From an uncultured Candidatus Saccharibacteria bacterium (GTDB lineage Bacteria > Patescibacteriota > Minisyncoccia > Phycocordibacterales > UBA9973), in the NCBI GenBank assembly GCA_964631935.1, contig CAZWAV010000001.1, positions 211,460-275,459 on the forward strand: a DNA stretch of 64,000 bases, read 5' to 3'. Positions 9,197 through 19,400 of this stretch are shown here, piece after piece. Position 1 is the first letter of the stretch. Each line of letters opens with the position of its first letter. Under the pieces are notes generated by a model that was not told where the DNA came from, ran no database searches, and saw only the letters and a program-made list of their open reading frames with translations. The position numbers and the translations under genes were made by a program.

Positions 9197-9757
9197 TTAA
9201 AGTGAATATTTTGATTCTTTTATCATGCCTTTAGTAAAATCCTTAAATCCTGGATCTTTTGTATCAATAGGAATACTACTTTCACAAAAAGCTCTTAGAT
9301 TATACTTACCATTATTTTCTGTTTTATATATCCAGGCCCAAAATATAGCATCTGGTTTATCGACAAAGAATAGATCAGCTTGCACTCCACCAGTCTCGTT
9401 ATCTTTTGCACTGAGAATAATAAATTTACTTTTATAATAAGATTTATCAAAATTATCTAATCCACACTTTTTACCGCTATCTAAATTACTCTTCTTTATT
9501 GCATATTCATCAACTCCATTATTCGTTCCATCTAGATATGCATTTAGTCCAGTACGGATATGTTTAATATATTCACTGTTATAAACTTCTTCTTCTGTCG
9601 GATTTTCACTAAATTCGGAATGTTTAGCAAGCTCTGTTTTTTGAGAATTAACCTTTGTTTCACTTGATCTGTTTTTTGACATTATAATGTAAATTGCAAT
9701 AATTACCAAAACTAATATGGCGATAACAATATAGAGTGTTTTAGTTTTTCTTTCCAT
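9197..9757 (-). CDS. Hypothetical membrane-anchored protein
   Basis: 186 aa; N-terminal TM (LYIVIAILVLVIIAIYIIM) then soluble domain. Confidence 0.5.
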   Translation of the reverse strand: MERKTKTLYIVIAILVLVIIAIYIIMSKNRSSETKVNSQKTELAKHSEFSENPTEEEVYNSEYIKHIRTGLNAYLDGTNNGVDEYAIKKSNLDSGKKCGLDNFDKSYYKSKFIILSAKDNETGGVQADLFFVDKPDAIFWAWIYKTENNGKYNLRAFCESSIPIDTKDPGFKDFTKGMIKESKYSL

Positions 9758-9807
9758 ATGTAGATTATAACAACATTAAATAAAAGCTGCTATTACAACT
9801 TTTTATA

Positions 9808-10743
9808 TTAATTCCATTCAAATCCTCTACCGAAATGACCCCAGTTTGAAGTTTCTGATAGTTTTACTTCTCCTAATTTTAGATGCTCATAAATCCCTTT
9901 TGGTGTTAGATCATATCCTTCAATTCCCATCTCTAGTCCATCTACTACAACTACTGCCATGATTGGTTCACTCCTACCTATCGCATATGCGAGCTTTGTA
10001 TATACTTCCTTGGCTTTGTACTTCTTAAGGAAATCTACGGCTATTTTACGTGCCATATAGGCCCCTGAACGGTCTACTTTTGTGTAATCCTTACCAGAGA
10101 ATGACCCTCCACCAATAGGCACTTCTGGGCCATAATTATCAATTATTAGCTTCCTACCAGAGAGACCTGTATCAGCATCAAATCCCCCTTGGCTCCACTG
10201 GCCTGCAGGATTAATTAGATACTCTTCAGACTCTATTATACTTTTCACTAAGTTTAGTAATTCATCATTCTTTGTATTCTGAAAACTAGCGACAACAGTT
10301 TTAACCTTACTATTCTCTATTGTTACTTGGGTCTTACCGTCATATGGATAAACCTTAAATATTTTCTGACACAAATCTCTAGCTAGAACATATTCAAGAG
10401 GAAGATATTCATCTGTTTCTCTTGTAGCGTAACCTTTCATTATCCCTTGATCACCAGCACCACCAGTGTCGACACCTTGAGCAATTTCTTTACTTTGTAA
10501 AACGATATTAGAAATAATTCTAAAATTATCTCCAACGATATTTTTGATGACTGTTTCAACATCTGGATTAGCTTTTGAAGTTACTTCCCCATTAATAGTA
10601 ATAAGTCCATGACCTCCCATCACTTCTATTGCACAGCGACTATTTTTATCTCCTTCTAGATATGCATCTAAAATACCATCTGCAATAAGATCACAGATCT
10701 TATCTGGATGCATTGGGCTTACAAACTCTGCTGTCTTTTTCAT
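9808..10743 (-). CDS. metK: S-adenosylmethionine synthetase (methionine adenosyltransferase), short form
   Basis: SPMHPDKICDLIAD, GGAGDQGIMKGYA, INPAG, GLSGRKLIIDNYG, GGGSFSGKDYTKVDRSGAY, YAIG, GHFGR all align to bacterial MetK motifs; only 311 aa. Confidence 0.85.
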   Translation of the reverse strand: MKKTAEFVSPMHPDKICDLIADGILDAYLEGDKNSRCAIEVMGGHGLITINGEVTSKANPDVETVIKNIVGDNFRIISNIVLQSKEIAQGVDTGGAGDQGIMKGYATRETDEYLPLEYVLARDLCQKIFKVYPYDGKTQVTIENSKVKTVVASFQNTKNDELLNLVKSIIESEEYLINPAGQWSQGGFDADTGLSGRKLIIDNYGPEVPIGGGSFSGKDYTKVDRSGAYMARKIAVDFLKKYKAKEVYTKLAYAIGRSEPIMAVVVVDGLEMGIEGYDLTPKGIYEHLKLGEVKLSETSNWGHFGRGFEWN

Positions 10744-10751
10744 ATTAAACT

Positions 10752-10905
10752 AAAAAATTCCTCATAATGAGGAAAGATAGATGACTAGTCTTATCTTTCC
10801 GAATAGTACCTTCGTACTACTTGGTTGGAATTAGCACCTTACATTTGCAGGTTGCTGAACGGATCATTGAGCCAATACTCTACTCGTTCTCTTGATACAA
10901 CTATC
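10752..10905 (-). promoter_or_regulatory. SAM-I (S-box) riboswitch with intrinsic terminator in metK leader
   Basis: Minus-strand RNA reads GUUGUAUCAAGAGA...GGCUCAAUGAUCC...CAGCAACC...GGUGCUAAUUCC...AAAGAUAAG (S-box conserved blocks), followed by UUCCUCAUUAUGAGGAAUUUUUU terminator immediately upstream of metK. Confidence 0.6.
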
Positions 10906-10930
10906 TAGTTGTAAGTATATTATAGCATTA

Positions 10931-11062
10931 TTATAAATCCTGCCAAATCTCTAATGCATCATCTGTATCCAATCCATTCTCATCAGCAAATTCCTGAAGT
11001 TCTTCTGCTTCTTCAAGACTCAAATCATTATCTTTAGCTATTTCGAATGTTTCTTCATCCAT
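10931..11062 (-). CDS. Possible 43-aa acidic peptide (MDEETFEIAKDNDLSLEEAEELQEFADENGLDTDDALEIWQDL), last gene of defence-like operon
   Basis: ORF below track cutoff; starts 2 nt after DUF2726 stop; no independent support. Confidence 0.25.
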   Translation of the reverse strand: MDEETFEIAKDNDLSLEEAEELQEFADENGLDTDDALEIWQDL

Positions 11063-11064
11063 AT

Positions 11065-11565
11065 TTACTTCAATTTTTCTAATACTAATCTCTTAATTTC
11101 TTCTTTATTAAAAGATCCATTATTCCCGAAACGTAATAATGGCATTCCTGCCTCTTGCAGCATTCTTTCCACTTCACTGTCTCGCTCTATTCTATCTGAT
11201 CTTTCGTGCGATCTATCATCGAGCTCGATTGCGAGAAGTGGTTTGATATATGCTTTATCACAGATAACAAAATCTACAGATTTTCCATTTATATGACTAA
11301 ACGCACCCTTCCAACTCTGGCCAGTTATTTTATGATCCAAGATTGTTGGTAAATGAACTTGAGTAAATACTTGATATTGTTTCCCTACTACTTCGACAAG
11401 AATATCAAAAAACTCGTGTTCTGGTCTACTTATTAAGAAATCTTTTCGCTTATACTTATATATGCTTTTTTTCTTACCTTCTTTGTATTCTGAGTCGTTA
11501 GTAAAAAGCTTTATAACTAGTCCAATAGCAATTATTATTCCTATGATTATGTAAAATTTAGTCAT
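11065..11565 (-). CDS. DUF2726-family protein (restriction-endonuclease-like fold), N-terminal membrane anchor
   Basis: 166 aa; TM helix FYIIIGIIIAIGLVI then ...DFVICDKAYIKPLLAIELDDRSHERSDRIERDSEVERMLQEAGMPLLRF typical of DUF2726/NERD-like nuclease-fold proteins. Confidence 0.6.
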   Translation of the reverse strand: MTKFYIIIGIIIAIGLVIKLFTNDSEYKEGKKKSIYKYKRKDFLISRPEHEFFDILVEVVGKQYQVFTQVHLPTILDHKITGQSWKGAFSHINGKSVDFVICDKAYIKPLLAIELDDRSHERSDRIERDSEVERMLQEAGMPLLRFGNNGSFNKEEIKRLVLEKLK

Positions 11566-11566
11566 G

Positions 11567-12316
11567 TTATTTTTCTAATTCTTTTCTTGCATTCCAATAA
11601 GCACACCAGTCACAATGCTCTCCGGATTCTGGTATGGTATCATTGTCTAAACATTTTTTTATCTCAAACAATGTTTTTTCTACCCATGAATCATTACCTT
11701 TATGTTCAATTAAGTTAACATCAAAATCAATTCGCTTATCGAAAGCCTCTCTATCCATTTTCCCAGTACAATAGACAAAATAACCAATATCAGATACCTT
11801 GAGCCCATTCTGTCTCAAAAGCCATTGATACACCTCCATTTGACGTTTATAGCCATCTTGCCACTCTTTATCCAGTGCCTTTACGGCTTCATCCTTTGCA
11901 GTAGCTTTATAATCCACAACAATATATTCATCTTTTCCATTGATCCATAAATCGTCAATTGCACCGGTTACCATGAGCCCTGTTGGTTCATGTAAATATC
12001 TAATACCTCCAAAATTCCTTCGCCACTCATCAAGCTCTTCGTGAGACATAGGTCGTGCATCTATTCCATATTCTTTTTGTAGCGGATGCTGTTCATTCTT
12101 CACGCGGTATGAATCAAACTCTTGTTTAAGAAGATGGTCCACTGCGCTGTTTATGGAAAAAGGAAATCCAGGTACTCTTTTTACACCGAGTTTGTTATCT
12201 ATATAGAAACATCGTGGACACTCTTTGAATAAATCGATTTTAGAACGAGAAAGTTTCCAGTTCTTTCCTCCGTAATTCCACGACTCCATTCTGTTTGGGT
12301 TATAATATTCCGACAT
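11567..12316 (-). CDS. Cas4/RecB-family PD-(D/E)xK nuclease with Fe-S cysteine tetrad (PDDEXK_1/DUF83-like)
   Basis: Motifs GAIDDLW (II), VVDYKATAK (III), QMEVYQW (QhxxY), Cys pairs CPRC (N-term) and CDWC (C-term); 249 aa. Confidence 0.7.
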   Translation of the reverse strand: MSEYYNPNRMESWNYGGKNWKLSRSKIDLFKECPRCFYIDNKLGVKRVPGFPFSINSAVDHLLKQEFDSYRVKNEQHPLQKEYGIDARPMSHEELDEWRRNFGGIRYLHEPTGLMVTGAIDDLWINGKDEYIVVDYKATAKDEAVKALDKEWQDGYKRQMEVYQWLLRQNGLKVSDIGYFVYCTGKMDREAFDKRIDFDVNLIEHKGNDSWVEKTLFEIKKCLDNDTIPESGEHCDWCAYWNARKELEK

Positions 12317-12318
12317 AG

Positions 12319-12978
12319 TTATTTTTTAATTATTGATTCATTCTCCTTATATGCAGAAAAAATTACCTCTAAAGTATAAAAGGAATTCTGAAGTTTAACT
12401 ATATCTAAGTATATATCAATCAAATCCCTTTTATTTATATTTTTTAATATTTCTTTATAATTTAATTTTATTTTAAGGCTATTTTGAGGATATTTAAAAC
12501 TTGTATTATCACTATCTTCAATCTCAAAATTTTTATTTATAATATTTTTAAATGTTTCAAGATTCTGATATTTATTAACAATCATCATTAAATCATATAT
12601 TTTATCTATGATATTATCATGACTTTTGTTTACAAAAACCCAATATTCATTATCCTTATTTTTTTCATAAGTTGTATTAATTACTTTTTTAATTGAACTT
12701 AAATTAGTTAAATTCATTACATCTCTTAATATTTGAAGATTATCATGAGTTTCATATTTTTTAATCAAAGCCTTTTGTTCTAATAAAACAATAAAAAATT
12801 TAAGATACAACTCAATTCCATGTTTTATATTAAAAATCATTGATATGTATAGATCCTCAATCTCAGACTCTACATTATTATATTTTTTATATTGCATCTC
12901 ACTACAAGCCAAAGAAGCTATATTTAAATAATTTCTAGCAAAAATAGACCAGTTTTCTTTTATATCATTGTGTTTCAT
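12319..12978 (-). CDS. Hypothetical protein (N/K/I-rich), operon member
   Basis: 219 aa; no recognisable motif; 4-nt overlap with MTase gene stop, 2-nt gap to nuclease gene. Confidence 0.5.
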   Translation of the reverse strand: MKHNDIKENWSIFARNYLNIASLACSEMQYKKYNNVESEIEDLYISMIFNIKHGIELYLKFFIVLLEQKALIKKYETHDNLQILRDVMNLTNLSSIKKVINTTYEKNKDNEYWVFVNKSHDNIIDKIYDLMMIVNKYQNLETFKNIINKNFEIEDSDNTSFKYPQNSLKIKLNYKEILKNINKRDLIDIYLDIVKLQNSFYTLEVIFSAYKENESIIKK

Positions 12979-15900
12979 TTTTTACTTGAATTTTCTATAA
13001 TTTCAATTTCTTCTGGAGTAAGTTTATAGAGTTTATAAACCAATTCATCTATTTGATGCTCGAGTTTTTTAGTATCATTATCCTTATTTTGTTTTTTATG
13101 ATCAATAACTTGATTAACCAAACCTTCTATTGCTTTTTTTATTTCCAAATTAGTTTCAGCTGGAATAATTGGAAGCTCGTTTACGAATATTTTTGAGATA
13201 TCATATCCTGCATTACCCAAAGATGCACCAATTAATTTGAAGTAGAAAAAATTTAACTTTGAATTTAATATGCCTAATAAGTACTTCAAGTTATTACCAA
13301 TAATAAAGAAACATTTTTGGTTTACAAGAACCCCTGAATCATCATATGCAGCGGCAAATTCTTTATTAATATTTGGATAAATAATTTTATTTTGCTCCAT
13401 TTCTTTAAGATAACGTTCGGAAGGGTTTTGATCTAATTCGATCCAGTTATGATCACCTCTTATAACTTGTGCCCGACTTTCTAAAATTTCTTTATAGTGA
13501 CTTAAATGTTTTTTTATTGCTGGGTATTTATCGATAATTTTATGTGTACCATAATATGTTGTTATTAAATATTTATGTTGCCAATCATAGCTATATTTAG
13601 CAACATCCTTTCCTCTTAAAATTGGTTTAATAAAAACTTCTGAATTTTTATCATTCTTAATTAATTCATTTCTCTTGGCTTCATCTACAATAAAAACACC
13701 TTCCTTTTCACCTGAACTATTTTTAGTATCGTTTCTGCCTGTCAAAATACCATAATTAATTTTTATTGAAGTCCAATCTTTTAATTTTAAACCCCTTGCT
13801 TCAATAGATGCTTTTAAATTAGCAACACTTTGGTCAATTAAGGCGAATGAATTTTCTCCTAAGTCAGACTGTTTCATTTTGTATAAAATATCATCAATCC
13901 GTTGTCCATATTTTAAATAATGTTCTCCGTTTTGTCCTCCTTTTCTAATAATAATTATATTTGTGTCTACAGTAGCAGTTTCAAATTGACCTCCACCCAA
14001 ATCAATTAATACTTCAATTTTAGTCTTGTTTTTTAACAATAGCCTAAGCTTATCACCATATCTTGAACGCATCCATTTGTTACTTGTTATATATGTGAGG
14101 GTTCCGTATTCAGAAAGTAAGTTATAACCTAGTTCATAAAAATAACAGTAAATATCAGCGGTAGTATTTCCAACGTCGTAATTAGAACACAATTCGTCTT
14201 TAAATTTTTTAGGTAAGTCACGGTGTCGAATATATGGCGGATTACCTATCACAATGTCAAAACCACCTTTTTGCTCAAATACATCAGCAAAATGAAGCTT
14301 CCAAAGAAAAAATGGTTTGATCTTGGATTTCTTAAATCCTTCAATTTTGCTCAATTCTGAAGTCTTACCTTGTTCTATTAATGTAGCTTCAATAAGCTCC
14401 CATTCAAGTCTCTCTATTTCTTTTTTAATACTTTCTTTTTTATCTTTCTTGTTTGTCTCAAAAAAATGCTTTTGTAATAACTTTAATTGATCTGCTTTGA
14501 ATTTAGATTCCTTGTGTTTATCAAAATCAAAAAGTCCAGAAACTTCAATATTAACTTTCTCTGTTTTCGTAAGTTTTTTCAGTTGATCATGTATACTTTT
14601 GGCCTCAGTGTCTAGTTCAACTTTCTTTATAGGTGTTAATTTATTATCTGCATTAAGTCTAAAATACTCTTTTTGCAAAACAGACTGTTTCTTTTTTAAG
14701 TCTTCAATTTGTTTTTCTTTATCTGTATCTATAGTCTTTATTATATTTTCATCAAAAAGTTTTACGCCTTCATATTCCTCAAGCAATGAATTACCTTGCA
14801 TAATCTTGTAATCCAAATTCGGAAGCACTGGCGGAGCAATCTTAGGGTCATTTGATTCAAATTCAACTATAAGAGCAAGCCAGAACCGAAGTTTAGCTAT
14901 TTCCACTGCTCCTGGCTCAAGATCAACGGCGTAAATACAATTTTCAAGAGTTTCTTTTTTGATATCATAAAGTGATAATTCTTTCCCTGTATCATTAGTC
15001 TTATGAAGGAAGTTTGTATTCAGATAATGCCTCACAGAAGATATCTCGTTTAGCATACCCATAGGAAATGCCCCAGAACCGACAGCCGGGTCAACAATTT
15101 TTACATTACGAAGTGAGACATCAACTTTTTCTGCAATATCTTTAAGTTCTTGCATCCTCTTTATGATTTCTGTTTTTTTATAATCATCAACTAGTATAGA
15201 TAGATCAGTATCTTTATTTTCAAATAGTTTCCTAATTCTATCTTCAGGAGCAGTATCTTCGGAAACTAAGTGCTGAATTAAACTTTCTCGGCACATATAG
15301 TGCACTATCTCTCTAGGAGTATAGAAAGCTCCTTTATCCTTCCTATCCTTAACCTCAAGAAGATTTTCAAAAATCTTACCGAGCATTTCTGGATCAACAG
15401 ATATTTCCTGGTCAGATGGTGTGTTTTCATCTACGGTAAAATTATATTGGTCAAAGAAATCTAGTAATTTACCCAAAACTTCATTATGAATGTTTATCTC
15501 TGTATTTTTCCAATCATACACACTTTCAAATAAACCTCCATTTAAAAATGGAATTCTACAATTTAACTGCTCAAAAAAATCATCCTCACCTCGTTTCTCA
15601 GCTAAAGCCTCGTAAAACAAAGGCTCAAGATAATCATCAAAATAATTTTGATTAGTTTTTCTACAGGTTTCAAATAAAGATCGCAAATATCCTTGATCTC
15701 CAGTACCCCAATTTTCGTTCGGTCGTACTCCGAGCCAACCTTTTTTTTGAACAAAATATAAAAAGACGATTTGTCCCATTAATTTTTTAACAAAATCAGG
15801 GGTCGTGGAAATACCTGTTTTAACGACTATATTTTGGAATTCATTATTATCTTCAAAATCTTCAAGTATTTCTATAAATAAATCACGATAATTTTTAAAG

Positions 15901-16436
15901 AACTCCTTTGTAACTTTTTCTACTGAAAATAGTTCTTTTAATTCTTTAAAATTTGTAAATTTAAGAGAAGCTACTTGTTGTAGAAAAGTAACATTTTTCT
16001 GTTGTTTAGATACAAAATAAGTGAATCTCCTGAAAGTGCTGTAATTTACTTTTGTACCAACATAATCAGCATAAATCAAACTCATACGAAACCCTCCCTT
16101 ACTATCGTAATAAACAAAAATCCCTGCTCTAGCTTTTGGGAAGTTCTTTAATATTTTTTTCCCTAAATCGTATTGAGTTTTTCTACTTGCTCGTTCATTT
16201 AATGGTGTAAGTGACCGTGAACAAATAACTATAATATTTACATTATCTTCAAGATCGAAATCCCCTAGCTGTGAAAAATCAGTAAATTGTTTGTCGTTAA
16301 ATGTTGGAAGTGGGTTTTGTTGAACTCTAAAAAAATCATGACTCTTAAGTATCTCTGCTAATGAAGCAGCAGAGAAATCATCAATTAGTTTTTGGAATTT
16401 AACCTGGCTCATAATATTACATATTTCTATTTTCAA
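12975..16436 (-). CDS. Large gamma-class N6-adenine DNA methyltransferase (Eco57I/type IIG/PglX/DrmMI-like), 1153 aa
   Basis: Motif I VDPAVGSGAFPMGML followed downstream by motif IV FDIVIGNPPYI; ~400-aa N-terminal and ~350-aa C-terminal extensions of unknown role. Confidence 0.85.
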   Translation of the reverse strand: MKIEICNIMSQVKFQKLIDDFSAASLAEILKSHDFFRVQQNPLPTFNDKQFTDFSQLGDFDLEDNVNIIVICSRSLTPLNERASRKTQYDLGKKILKNFPKARAGIFVYYDSKGGFRMSLIYADYVGTKVNYSTFRRFTYFVSKQQKNVTFLQQVASLKFTNFKELKELFSVEKVTKEFFKNYRDLFIEILEDFEDNNEFQNIVVKTGISTTPDFVKKLMGQIVFLYFVQKKGWLGVRPNENWGTGDQGYLRSLFETCRKTNQNYFDDYLEPLFYEALAEKRGEDDFFEQLNCRIPFLNGGLFESVYDWKNTEINIHNEVLGKLLDFFDQYNFTVDENTPSDQEISVDPEMLGKIFENLLEVKDRKDKGAFYTPREIVHYMCRESLIQHLVSEDTAPEDRIRKLFENKDTDLSILVDDYKKTEIIKRMQELKDIAEKVDVSLRNVKIVDPAVGSGAFPMGMLNEISSVRHYLNTNFLHKTNDTGKELSLYDIKKETLENCIYAVDLEPGAVEIAKLRFWLALIVEFESNDPKIAPPVLPNLDYKIMQGNSLLEEYEGVKLFDENIIKTIDTDKEKQIEDLKKKQSVLQKEYFRLNADNKLTPIKKVELDTEAKSIHDQLKKLTKTEKVNIEVSGLFDFDKHKESKFKADQLKLLQKHFFETNKKDKKESIKKEIERLEWELIEATLIEQGKTSELSKIEGFKKSKIKPFFLWKLHFADVFEQKGGFDIVIGNPPYIRHRDLPKKFKDELCSNYDVGNTTADIYCYFYELGYNLLSEYGTLTYITSNKWMRSRYGDKLRLLLKNKTKIEVLIDLGGGQFETATVDTNIIIIRKGGQNGEHYLKYGQRIDDILYKMKQSDLGENSFALIDQSVANLKASIEARGLKLKDWTSIKINYGILTGRNDTKNSSGEKEGVFIVDEAKRNELIKNDKNSEVFIKPILRGKDVAKYSYDWQHKYLITTYYGTHKIIDKYPAIKKHLSHYKEILESRAQVIRGDHNWIELDQNPSERYLKEMEQNKIIYPNINKEFAAAYDDSGVLVNQKCFFIIGNNLKYLLGILNSKLNFFYFKLIGASLGNAGYDISKIFVNELPIIPAETNLEIKKAIEGLVNQVIDHKKQNKDNDTKKLEHQIDELVYKLYKLTPEEIEIIENSSKK

Positions 16437-19400
16437 CAGCTATTACTACTTCTTGTGTATTTAGTTTTGTTGCTGACTTAATTTTGTCTAAATAATCAAA
16501 ACCGAGATTATTTTTAAGTTCACTTAAGGTTTCTAATATTATTTTAGAGCTGTCTTTTGAATTCTCAATTGTAGGCATATCAGCCAATCGACGAAGTGTA
16601 AAAGTGCTTAACGTCTGGTAATCAGTAAGATCGTCAAGTAAGGTTCGGACAAAAGGAGCAAAGTCTTGTACATCTTCATTAAAGCTTTCAATATTTTGTA
16701 AAAGTGAGTTCAGATTATTAAAAGATTTAGTTTCAATAGCCATTTGTGATGAGTTTTGAGTTCTCTGCTCTATGATTTTTGAAGTTTCATAATTCTCCCA
16801 AAACATAGAACTTCTTGGAATAGATTTTTCATCTGGAGTAGTCTTTATTCTTTCAATAACTTCTTCTAAATTTAAGTCACGTACTTCTTTTTCGTCATTA
16901 ATCATACCTCTGACAAAAAGGGGTCTCCCTTTACGAATAAAAACAAGTAGATCATTTTCATTAAATTTTTTAGCAACTTTAATACGAGCAGGTAATTTCT
17001 TTATTTTTTCGATAACCTCAGGGTGTTTAGTCTTTATTTCATAATATAGACGACGGATTGTGGTAATGAAACTTTCTACTTCAAGTGCTTCTGGGTTTTG
17101 TTGCAACTTCGTAAAGAGTCCAGCAGCAGATGGATTCTCGTCTGGGCTAAATATCTTAGAGTCTTCTCCAAGAGTGCTATGAATCATGAACATCTTATTT
17201 TCAGCAATCTCTCTATTCTTTACGTACTCAGAACCTTTAATTGTTGGAAAGAAATTATAAATATATAAATTTTCAAAAACTTTTTGCCCTATACGGTTTA
17301 TACGACCAACACGTTGGATAACTCTAGTAGGGTTCCATGGAATATCATAGTTTACAACAGCACCACTTTTACTTAAGTTAAAACCTTCTGAAATTTTATC
17401 TGTACCAACTAATATAGAGTAAGTTTCTTCCTGTTTCTTTTGACTAGCATCAAAGTTTTTTAATACTTCATCAATCCGACCAGTAGATGTACTTCCGTAC
17501 ACAGACAACACCTTTCCTTTAAATTTTTTATCAAGACTTTCGAAAACATGTTTTGCGGTATCAGCATATTCAGTAAAGATCACAATCTTTCTATCTGGTT
17601 CACCCTTATTTTCTTTTGTATTTAATATTTCTTCAATTCTATGTGACAAAGCTAATACTTTTGGATCATTTTCTACTAACTTTAATTCATCTAATTCCGT
17701 TTTAATTTTCTCAAATAGCTCTTTATCTTTTTGTAAATCACCTAAGAATTTATCTTTTTCTTTAAAAGAATCAATGTTGTATTTCTTAGACTTCTTATCA
17801 TTAACTAAATCCTCTATAGACTCCGACATTTTAACCATACACTCTATAACTTCATCTTCATCCCCATCTGAAATCGCTTCAATAAGCTTTCTATCTAAAG
17901 TAAACTTACCTCCTGTTTTTTCAATAAAATCTAACGATTTACATGTTATCGCATAAAAATTATTTATACTTTCTGCAAATGCATTAAATGAGCTTTCAAA
18001 ACGTTTTATTAGTAATCTTCGCATGAAGTGAAACAAGTTTGTCTGAGAAATATATTCTAAATTTTCTTCTTCTCCAATAATTCTCTCTCCCTCAGCTCGT
18101 CCTTTTTCATAAACAGATGGACGATACATTGCACCGTTAAACAAACCATCTTCGCCAAAATAATCACTTATAACTCGATCATAAAAATCAGACTGTTCTT
18201 TAGAAAGCTCATAATAAACTTCTCTGGGATCAGAAATTTTAGATAAGTCTTTAACTTCCTTTGAATACTCAGGGTCATTCTTCAAATCGATTCTATTTCG
18301 ACGAATAACCACAGGTTCAATTATTTGGCGTATCCTATTGGAAATATACTTGATACGACCATTAACTTTACCGGTTTCAACTACAGCACTTCCAAACATA
18401 GTTGCATAAGTAGAAATAGCTTTCTCTCTTTTATTTTTATCTGTTGAATTATAGTCTTTATTAATATCACTTAATTTTTTAAACATGTTTTTATAATCTC
18501 TAAATTCAATTGAAAGATTTGGCGCAATAGTGAGCTGCGATTTACCTGGGACAATAAACAACTTTAATAGAGCAAATATATCTGCTGGGGAGTTATTAAA
18601 GGGTGTAGCCGTTAATAAAATTACCTTGCGATTTTTACAAATCATACTTAGTAACTCATAGGCTTCTGTATCTTGGTTACGAAAACGATGAGCTTCATCA
18701 ACAACAATAACATCTATATCGTTTCGTTCTTGAACAAATTTCAATGTACTACGTAGCGTAGCAAGGCCACATGATCTAACTTCCCAACCATACAATTCAA
18801 AGTCTTCTAAATATTTTTTCCAACCTGAAGATTTATTATCATCACCAACCAAGCCAGGAGGACAGATAACAAGACCTCTTTTACCCAATTGCTTTGCAAC
18901 CATGCCTGTAATAACACTCTTACCAAGTCCCACAACGTCAGCTATAATTGCTCCTCCTGACTCCTCAATCATTCCTAGGGCTTGAGAAGCTGCGTCTAGT
19001 TGATATTTGTATGTTATATAGCCATTCTTTTCTAATAGCTCTTTGATGGAACTAGAAACTTCAACTTGAGACTGCGCATCAAGATAGTGTTGGAGGATAG
19101 AAGCATAAGCTTCAAAGGGAGTTGGTTCAGCAATAAGAGTCTCTTGTTTTAATAAGTTAATTAATTCTTGTTTATATTGTTCTGTTTCTGTAATCTTTAT
19201 AGAACTTTCCCAGAGCTCATCAAAATATTTATCAGCGTCTTCTGTGCCAAAATCACCTAATTCTACATTAAATTCATGCTGATTTGAAAGTCCAGAGCGA
19301 GTTAGGTTACTACTTCCTGTTATAAAAACAGATTTTCTAATAGTTGCCAGTTGGTCTTTTATTTTAAATATATAAAGCTTTGCATGATTTGGTTCTAATG

